From Acidobacteriota bacterium (GTDB lineage: Bacteria > Acidobacteriota > UBA890 > WLXD01), in NCBI GenBank assembly GCA_012103255.1, contig WLXD01000004.1, forward strand, positions 398,460 through 462,459: DNA of 64,000 nt, read 5' to 3'. The translations under genes were made by a program, and so were the position numbers. The stretch's first letter is position 1; every line of letters begins with the position of its first letter. Shown here in pieces: positions 57,534 through 64,000 of this stretch. The notes beneath the pieces are model-generated. The model saw only the letters and a list, made by a program, of their open reading frames with translations, searched no databases and was not told the DNA's origin.

Positions 57534-58448
57534 TCAGAGCGCCGGAATCGTAACGGTCCCCTCGCTGATCGGCACCGACGCTCCGCCCACTCGCACTCGA
57601 ACAACCCGACCATCGACCTTGTCGGCTTCGATGTTCATGCGGCTGGGGCGCCCCATCTCGACGCCCTGCGCAACGCTCCACTCCAGGGTCCCATCCACGC
57701 GAGGATCGGCCGCGCCAAGAACGCCGGCCAGGCCCGTCGCCGCTGCTCCGGTAGCGGGATCTTCCGGCACCCCCACGGAAGGACCAAACATCCGCGCGTG
57801 AACGTCGGTATCCGCGCCGTCCATCGCAAAGAGGAAAACGTTGTCGGCCCACGAACCCCGCAAGTGCGTTTCCCACGCCTGCCAGTCGAGGGACGCGCGC
57901 GCCACCTCGGCTCGATCCACCAGCGGCACGTACAGGAATGGAAAGCCGGCAGACGTGGCTACTGGAGCCAGATCATCGGTCCGTACCGCATCGCCCTCCA
58001 GACTCAGTACCTCTGCGATCGTCTCTGGCCCGAGTTCGACCTGTCGTGCCTCGGGCGCCTGCGCGGCCGTCAACTGGCAGGCAATCACAGCGCCGTCCTG
58101 ACACGAGACCCGCACTTCGATGTCGCCAATGTTCTCCTCGAGCGTCAACGTGGACGTCGAAGCGTCGTGATCCACAGCGCCACGAGCTGCGAGCACGTAG
58201 GCCGTCCCGACGGTGGGGTGTCCGGCAAACGGCAACTCCACGGCCGGCGTGAATATCCGCAGCCGAGCAGCTCCGCCGGGCTTCTCCGCTGGCAGAACGA
58301 AGACGGTCTCGGACAGGTTGAACTCGCGAGCGAGCGTCTGCATCTGGCTGCCGCTGAGCGTCTCGCCGCCGAACACCACAGCGAGAGGGTTTCCCCCGAA
58401 CGGACTGTCGGTGAACACATCCACGGTGACGTAGGACAGGCGACTCAT
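57534..58448 (-). CDS. PhzF family phenazine-biosynthesis-like isomerase
   Basis: YVTVDVFTDSPFGGNPLAVVF..., the PhzF/DapF-fold signature. ATGA overlap with the upstream GNAT gene. Confidence 0.8.
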   Translation of the reverse strand: MSRLSYVTVDVFTDSPFGGNPLAVVFGGETLSGSQMQTLAREFNLSETVFVLPAEKPGGAARLRIFTPAVELPFAGHPTVGTAYVLAARGAVDHDASTSTLTLEENIGDIEVRVSCQDGAVIACQLTAAQAPEARQVELGPETIAEVLSLEGDAVRTDDLAPVATSAGFPFLYVPLVDRAEVARASLDWQAWETHLRGSWADNVFLFAMDGADTDVHARMFGPSVGVPEDPATGAAATGLAGVLGAADPRVDGTLEWSVAQGVEMGRPSRMNIEADKVDGRVVRVRVGGASVPISEGTVTIPAL

Positions 58449-58885
58449 TGTTGGTCCTCCAAGCGGAGCGCCATCGCGATGGCATGAGAGCCGCACACGT
58501 GGCAGTACTCCACCGACTCCTGAATCTCGGCGGGAGCGGCGTCGCGTGGTTCCTCGACGAAGCCGAACCGCGGGAAGAACCCCTCAGCGGTTTCGGTCAA
58601 CAGATAGAGGCCGTGCAGATGAAGTCGCTTCGCTTCCTGCACGGCATACGTAACGATTTGATCGCCCAGATGCTCGCCGCGCCGATCCTTCGCGACCGCC
58701 ACGGACCGGAGAACCGCATCATCTCCGCGGATCTCGAGAGCGGCTGTGGCGACGATCTTGCCGTCGCTGCGCGCAACAAACTGCGTCCCGCGACAATGAT
58801 CGATGTCGTCCAAAGGCAGGCCGGAATCCTGCACGAGGGCGTCGACCTCGGCATGCTCTGAGTCACGCACCAGTCCCAATTCCAT
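58445..58885 (-). CDS. GNAT family N-acetyltransferase, ArsN2/ArgA-like
   Basis: …LRSVAVAKDRRGEHLGDQIV…LYLLTETAEGFFPRFGF…, matching the ArsN2-type GNAT pattern. Confidence 0.7.
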   Translation of the reverse strand: MELGLVRDSEHAEVDALVQDSGLPLDDIDHCRGTQFVARSDGKIVATAALEIRGDDAVLRSVAVAKDRRGEHLGDQIVTYAVQEAKRLHLHGLYLLTETAEGFFPRFGFVEEPRDAAPAEIQESVEYCHVCGSHAIAMALRLEDQQ

Positions 58886-58973
58886 TCCCGCCTCCTGCGA
58901 TGTTCGGCTACGCTGGCATCGAGACTAGCGCCGGGGCTGATGCCCCGCTAGCGCCTCCCACGAGGATCCCACG

Positions 58974-59228
58974 ATGACCGACTGGCTCGCGATTGCCCGT
59001 GAACGTCGAACCGTGCTCCGAGGCCTGAAATTTGCGCTCGTCGTGGGCACGATTCTGATCACCATCAATCATGGCGATGCGATCTTGGCCGGCGACGTCG
59101 ACGCCACGCGGGCCATGAAGATGGCGCTGACGGCCCTGGTGCCCTACCTCGTTTCGACATTTTCGACCTGTGGCGCGCGCCTCGAGATGCAACGTCATAT
59201 TCGCAAGGACGCGGGCCACGTAGAATAG
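58974..59228 (+). CDS. Small protein, possibly an NrtS-family putative nitrate/nitrite transporter-like membrane protein; low confidence
   Basis: LKFALVVGTILITINHGDAILAG resembles the NrtS family core; 84 aa. Confidence 0.35.
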   Translation: MTDWLAIARERRTVLRGLKFALVVGTILITINHGDAILAGDVDATRAMKMALTALVPYLVSTFSTCGARLEMQRHIRKDAGHVE

Positions 59229-59269
59229 AAGGCCTATCCGCGCCACCAGCCACCGTAGCCCCTGACCTG

Positions 59270-60415
59270 ATGCAGCTACCTGAACTCGACCTACGCCAAT
59301 CCGTCACCGAGCGCTGGAACGCGACCATCGGAGCGATCGATATCGTCTTCGGTCCGGGGGCGCGCCATGAGTTGCCACAACTCACAGCGTCGGCGGGATA
59401 CAAGCGCGCACTCGTTGTCACCGATCCCGGCGTTCGCGGAACTGGCTACATGGATGAAGTCGGCAACGCCATGCGCGGTGCCGGAACGGAGATTTCGATC
59501 TTCGACGATGTGATTCAGAACCCGACCACGGCAACCGTTGCGCGTGGCGTGGACTTCGCGCGGGATTTCACGCCGGATCTGATCGTGGGTTTCGGCGGCG
59601 GTAGCGCGATGGACGCTGCCAAGGGCGTCAATTTCGTGCTCACCAACGGTGGCGCGATGGAGGATTACGAGGGCACGGGCAAGGCCCGGCAACCGCTACT
59701 GCCTTCGTTCGGCGTGCCGACCACGGCGGGGACCGGCAGCGAAGGGCAGTCCTACGCTCTCATCTCGCGTGACGACGATCACCGCAAGATGGCGTGCGGC
59801 GATCCGGGAGCGCGCTTTCGAGTCGCGGTGCTGGACCCAGAACTTCTATCAACCACGCCTCGCGCAGTGCGGTTTGTAACGGGGATCGACGCCATCGCAC
59901 ATGCGGTGGAGAGCCATGTTTGCCAGCGAGCCAACCCGGTGTCGCGTCTGTTCAGCGGGCAGGCCTGGAAGCGACTCAGTCGCAGCTTTGCATCGTCGCT
60001 CGACGCGGATGCCGAGCTCGCCGTCCGCGGAGACATGCTTCTCGGCGCCCATCTCGCCGGTGCGGCGATCGAAGCATCGATGCTGGGCGCGGCACATGCC
60101 TGTGCGAATCCGCTCACGGCGCGCTACGGCACCGTCCACGGATTGGCGGTAGGCCTCTTGCTACCTCACGTCGTTCGTCACAATTGGCCGGCAGCGGGCG
60201 ACGCCTATCAAGAGCTAGCGGGCGCCGACCTGCCGCAACAGCTCAACGAACTCCTCGCGGCCGGCGGCATGCCGATGACTCTCCGCGAACATGGCATCGA
60301 ACATTCCGAGCTCCCCACGCTTGCGGCCGAGGCCGCCACGCAATGGACCGCCCAGTTCAACCCGGGGCCGGCTCAGGAGGCTGATCTTCATGCGATCTAC
60401 GAAGCTGCTTACTAG
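59270..60415 (+). CDS. Iron-containing (group III) alcohol dehydrogenase family protein
   Basis: GFGGGSAMDAAKG and DAIAHAVESH metal-binding motifs. Confidence 0.8.
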   Translation: MQLPELDLRQSVTERWNATIGAIDIVFGPGARHELPQLTASAGYKRALVVTDPGVRGTGYMDEVGNAMRGAGTEISIFDDVIQNPTTATVARGVDFARDFTPDLIVGFGGGSAMDAAKGVNFVLTNGGAMEDYEGTGKARQPLLPSFGVPTTAGTGSEGQSYALISRDDDHRKMACGDPGARFRVAVLDPELLSTTPRAVRFVTGIDAIAHAVESHVCQRANPVSRLFSGQAWKRLSRSFASSLDADAELAVRGDMLLGAHLAGAAIEASMLGAAHACANPLTARYGTVHGLAVGLLLPHVVRHNWPAAGDAYQELAGADLPQQLNELLAAGGMPMTLREHGIEHSELPTLAAEAATQWTAQFNPGPAQEADLHAIYEAAY

Positions 60416-61508
60416 CGCGATCGTCGCGGCTGCGCTCCTCATGGCGGCGCCCTCGCACGCCAACGACGAGACCGGCTGGCGGATGTTCCGAGGCAACCCG
60501 GCACTGACCGGGATCGTGGCCGGCGAACTGCCAGACACACTCGAAGCGCGTTGGGTGTTCCAGGCGGACGACAGCATCGAATCCAGCGCGGCGGTGGTCG
60601 ACGGTCGGGTGTACGTCGGCTCATTGGACGGCAGGCTCTACACGCTAGATCTTGCGACGGGCGAAGAACTCTGGCGGTTCGAGGCAGTCATGGAAGTGAA
60701 GTCGTCGCCGACCGTCTTCAACGACACGGTCTACTTTGGCGATGAGAGCGGCATCTTCTACGCGCTCGACGCGGCAAGCGGCGAGGAGCGTTGGCGCGTG
60801 ACCACTGGAGGGGGCATCGTCTCGGCCGCCAATCACAGCGACGGCGTGGTGGTGTTCGGGTCGTACGACAACAGCCTCTACGCGGTGAACGTCACGGATG
60901 GCTCGGTTCGTTGGCAGATCGAGACCAACGGCTATGTCAACGGAACCCCCGCGATCGTGGACGGCCAGGTGGTCTCTGTCGGCTGCGACGGCGTCCTTCG
61001 GGTTGTTGACCTGCTCTCCGGCGAGGTCACCCGTGAGGTAGAGATCGGCGCCTACGTCGCCGCGAGCCCCGCAATCCGCGATGGCGTCGCCTACTTCGGC
61101 ACCTACGAGAACCAGGTACTGGCCGTAGATCTAGCGACGGGCGAGAGTCCGTGGGTCTACGAGCACCCGAAGCGCAAGTTTCCGTACTACTCCTCGGCCT
61201 CTGTGACAGAGGACACCGTGGTTCTTGGTGGTCGCGACAAGATGGTGCATGCGATCGACCGTGCGACCGGCGAAGCGCGGTGGACGCACACAAGCCGCGC
61301 CCGGGTCGACTCATCGCCGGTTGTGCTGGGCGACCGCCTGATCATCGGCGGCAGTTCCGGAGATATCGTGATTCTGGACATGGGTACAGGCGACGTCCTG
61401 TGGCAATTCGAGACCGGTTCGTCGATCATCGCCACTCCTGCCATCGCCTCGGGCCACGTCGTCGTCGGCACCGAGGATGGCGCTCTCTACGCCTTCGGAC
61501 ACAACTGA
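60390..61508 (+). CDS. Secreted PQQ-repeat beta-propeller protein (BamB/YfgL-like family)
   Basis: Signal peptide MRSTKLLTSAIVAAALLMAAPSHA; repeated …DG.VY.GS.DG.LYA.D..TGE..W… blades. Confidence 0.75.
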   Translation: MRSTKLLTSAIVAAALLMAAPSHANDETGWRMFRGNPALTGIVAGELPDTLEARWVFQADDSIESSAAVVDGRVYVGSLDGRLYTLDLATGEELWRFEAVMEVKSSPTVFNDTVYFGDESGIFYALDAASGEERWRVTTGGGIVSAANHSDGVVVFGSYDNSLYAVNVTDGSVRWQIETNGYVNGTPAIVDGQVVSVGCDGVLRVVDLLSGEVTREVEIGAYVAASPAIRDGVAYFGTYENQVLAVDLATGESPWVYEHPKRKFPYYSSASVTEDTVVLGGRDKMVHAIDRATGEARWTHTSRARVDSSPVVLGDRLIIGGSSGDIVILDMGTGDVLWQFETGSSIIATPAIASGHVVVGTEDGALYAFGHN

Positions 61509-62866
61509 TGGAACAGGAAACGCCGCCCACCGAGGGTGCCCCGCAGCCGGAACCGGCTACCAGCCAGCTCGAAATGGCGGCGACCGAGGTCGGCAGTGTG
61601 TTCGTTTCGAACTACCCGCCATACTCGCAGTGGTCGGAGGCGGATCTCGAACGTTTCGATGCTGCTCTGCAGGCGACTCCCGCGGCTGACGCGCCGCCCT
61701 TGGGGATGTACCTGCACATTCCGTTCTGTCGGAAGCGCTGCCGGTTCTGCTACTTCCGGGTCTACACCGACAAGAACGCCGACGAAGTACAGACGTACTG
61801 TGACGCCCTGGCACGTGAAGTCGAAGCCTACGCGCAACTGCCGTTCACGCAAGGACGACCGCTCCGCTTCATCTACTTCGGCGGCGGCACACCTTCCTAC
61901 ATCGCAGCGAAGCACCTTGCCGAGTTGGTGCACCGAATCCGAGACGCGTTCCCGTGGACGGACGTGGAGGAAGTCACCTTCGAGTGCGAGCCCGGCACCC
62001 TGACGCGGCCGAAGCTGGAGAACATCCGGGAGCTCGGCATCACGCGTCTGTCGCTGGGCGTCGAGCACTTCAACGATCACATCCTGCAGCTCAACGGCCG
62101 GGCCCACATCAGCACCGAGATCGACCGTGTGATCCCCTGGGTGCAGGAGATCGATTTCGCCCAGTTCAACCTGGATCTGATATCCGGAATGATCGGCGAA
62201 ACATGGGAGACGTGGAGGGATACGGTCGAAAAGACGATCGACACCGACCCGGACTCCGTGACGATCTACCAGTTGGAACTGCCCTACAACACGGGCATTT
62301 CGAAAGAGTTCATGGAAGGCACGCTCGACGTGCCGCTCGCCGACTGGCAACAGAAGCGCGAGTGGCAGCTCTTCGCGATCGAGCGCTTGGAGGAAGCCGG
62401 CTACCACGTGTCGAGCGCCTACACGATGGTGAAGGGCGAAGGCTCCTTCCGGTACCGGGACTCGCTGTGGCACGGGGCCGACATGCTCGGCACTGGCGTC
62501 TCGTCCTTCGGTCACGTCGGTGGCGTGCACGTTCAGAACACCGCCAACTGGGTCGAGTATCTCGGGGCGGTCGGCGAAGGCCGCCTCCCCGTTCAGCGAG
62601 CGCTCCAGACCACAGAGACCGACCGCCTGATCCGCGAGTTCATCCTGCAGATGAAGACCGGCAAGATTCAGGCGGCCTACTTCGACAAGAAATTCGACAC
62701 GAACGTGATGGAACGCTTCGCAGCGCCACTCAAGGCACTGGAGTCGGCAGGCATGGCCACGCTGCGAGGAGATGGCTTCGACCTGACGATGCAGGGTCTG
62801 CTGCAGGTGGACAGCCTCCTTCCGGGCTTCTACGACGAACGTCACCGCAACGCGCGGTACACCTAG
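61508..62866 (+). CDS. HemN-family radical SAM protein (oxygen-independent coproporphyrinogen-III oxidase-like)
   Basis: LYLHIPFCRKRCRFCYF CxxxCxxC motif plus N-terminal ...VSNYPPYSQW (HemN YPT-like region). 452 aa. The start overlaps the upstream stop in a TGATG overlap. Confidence 0.75.
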   Translation: MEQETPPTEGAPQPEPATSQLEMAATEVGSVFVSNYPPYSQWSEADLERFDAALQATPAADAPPLGMYLHIPFCRKRCRFCYFRVYTDKNADEVQTYCDALAREVEAYAQLPFTQGRPLRFIYFGGGTPSYIAAKHLAELVHRIRDAFPWTDVEEVTFECEPGTLTRPKLENIRELGITRLSLGVEHFNDHILQLNGRAHISTEIDRVIPWVQEIDFAQFNLDLISGMIGETWETWRDTVEKTIDTDPDSVTIYQLELPYNTGISKEFMEGTLDVPLADWQQKREWQLFAIERLEEAGYHVSSAYTMVKGEGSFRYRDSLWHGADMLGTGVSSFGHVGGVHVQNTANWVEYLGAVGEGRLPVQRALQTTETDRLIREFILQMKTGKIQAAYFDKKFDTNVMERFAAPLKALESAGMATLRGDGFDLTMQGLLQVDSLLPGFYDERHRNARYT

Positions 62867-62874
62867 GCGCTGCT

Positions 62875-64000
62875 GTGCTCCGCCGCACCGGCGTCGCAAT
62901 CGTCGCGCTCCTGGCGCTGCCCGCGCTGGCGCCTCCGCCGCAGCTGACTGGCGAGGACTGGCCGCAGTTCCGGGGCCCCGAGCGCACCGGACGCTCGTCC
63001 GAGATCGGCCTATTCGAGAACTGGGATGCGGGCACGCCGCTGCAGGAGCGGTGGCGCGTTCCTTTGGGACCGGGATACTCCGGCATCTCGATCGTCGACG
63101 GCCACGCCGTGACGCTGTTCGGCACGGATGGCGGCGAGTACCTGGGAGCATTCGACACCTCGGATGGAGCCCGCCTCTGGCAGCTGCGACTCGGAGACCT
63201 GTTCCGCGATGGCATGGGCGACGGGCCGCGGTCCACACCGTTGATCGAGACCGGCCGCGTCTACGCACTGAGCACCGCAGGAAGACTCGTAGCGGCGGAT
63301 CTCGAAACAGGCAGGCCGCTCTGGCAGGTCGATCTGGTGGATACCTACGGTGCGCGTCAGCCCACATGGGGGTTCGCCGTATCTCCCGTGATGGTGGACG
63401 GCCAGCTATTGATCGAGGCGGGGGGACGCTCGGCCGGCGTCGTCGCACTCGATCCGGAGAATGGAACTGAACTGTGGCGCGCCCTGGGCGATCCGCCCGG
63501 CTACTCCACCCCGATCGAGGCTGAAGTCCACGGCCAGCGGCAAGTGATCTTCTTCACGGCGCATCGAGCCGTTGCGCTAGCACCCGAGGACGGCACCGAG
63601 CTCTGGTCCTACCCGTGGCGCACGTCGTATGACGTCAACGCCGCTTCGCCGATCTTCATAGCGCCCGACCAGGTACTGATTGCCTCGGGCTACGACGTGG
63701 GCGGCAGTCTGCTCCGCATTCCAGCAACGGGCAGCGACGAGCAGGTCGAGCGCGTGTGGCACTCCGACGGACTGAAGAACGTCTACAGCAGCTCGGTCGT
63801 CGTCGACGGCTATATCTACGGGTTCGACAACGGCACGCTGGTTAGTCATGAACTGGCGACCGGCGAGCGTATGTGGCGACAGCGTGGATTCCAGGTCGGG
63901 TCGCTCATCTTCGCCGACGGCCACCTGGTCGTTCTCGGCGAACGCGGCACTCTCGCCCTCGTTCGCGCGACACCTGGCGGGTATCAGGAAATCGCCCGCC
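62875..64000 (+). CDS. Secreted PQQ-repeat beta-propeller protein (BamB-like), 3'-truncated by the window edge; not in the supplied ORF track
   Basis: Translated by eye: GTG start, signal peptide LRRTGVAIVALLALPALAPPPQLTGEDWPQFRGP..., repeated LW/propeller blades. Open to the window end. Confidence 0.65.
   Translation, partial: MLRRTGVAIVALLALPALAPPPQLTGEDWPQFRGPERTGRSSEIGLFENWDAGTPLQERWRVPLGPGYSGISIVDGHAVTLFGTDGGEYLGAFDTSDGARLWQLRLGDLFRDGMGDGPRSTPLIETGRVYALSTAGRLVAADLETGRPLWQVDLVDTYGARQPTWGFAVSPVMVDGQLLIEAGGRSAGVVALDPENGTELWRALGDPPGYSTPIEAEVHGQRQVIFFTAHRAVALAPEDGTELWSYPWRTSYDVNAASPIFIAPDQVLIASGYDVGGSLLRIPATGSDEQVERVWHSDGLKNVYSSSVVVDGYIYGFDNGTLVSHELATGERMWRQRGFQVGSLIFADGHLVVLGERGTLALVRATPGGYQEIAR

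Noticed and set aside
1-64000. CRISPR arrays, rRNA, tRNA, transposases or integrases
   Set aside because: No regularly spaced direct repeats, no rRNA-like conserved stretches, and no recognisable transposase, integrase or phage motifs were seen. Only the short GGrTCTCCC motif repeats near the pilin gene were found, and these are reported above

Overview
This is a 64 kb stretch of high-GC (roughly 68-70%) bacterial chromosome with dense coding, many 4-nt ATGA start/stop overlaps, and no rRNA, tRNA, CRISPR array or obvious mobile element visible by eye. The gene content points to Gemmatimonadota or Acidobacteriota: five ADOP-family duplicated FtsX permeases, three of them directly downstream of a PadR regulator, and two large BNR/sortilin-like beta-propeller proteins. 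Main blocks, in order: (1) an adenylate-forming LuxE/PaaK-like enzyme, an unknown lipoprotein and a LuxC-like ALDH-superfamily reductase; (2) BNR protein, M20 peptidase, VOC protein, amidohydrolase-CIA30 fusion, Tpx and an SDR; (3) a 1,013-aa tri-domain fusion of an APH-like kinase, an M23 domain and a class-III aminotransferase; (4) tandem-VOC protein, secreted 5'-nucleotidase, PadR-ADOP, methionine aminopeptidase and a second BNR protein; (5) a minus-strand operon of three tandem HlyD-type membrane-fusion proteins and a stand-alone FtsX permease with no ABC ATPase gene; (6) more PadR/ADOP modules, one with a roughly 190-aa C-terminal membrane extension and one frameshifted; (7) a compact catabolic operon that joins the kynurenine branch (tryptophan 2,3-dioxygenase, kynureninase) to the CoA-dependent aerobic anthranilate route (benzoate-CoA-ligase-family ligase and a 2-aminobenzoyl-CoA monooxygenase/reductase-type FAD-monooxygenase/OYE fusion), with creatininase-family, RidA, SDR, crotonase, ACAD and CDGSH proteins; (8) an orphan prepilin-like gene flanked by a repeated motif and a 450-bp non-coding leader; (9) PhzF plus an ArsN2-like GNAT; (10) an operon of Fe-ADH, PQQ-like propeller, HemN-like radical SAM and a second PQQ-like propeller. 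Coordinates are taken from the supplied ORF track. Starts were refined by eye from signal peptides, Shine-Dalgarno-like motifs and gene overlaps. All functional calls rest on recognisable motifs only; no database search was possible.
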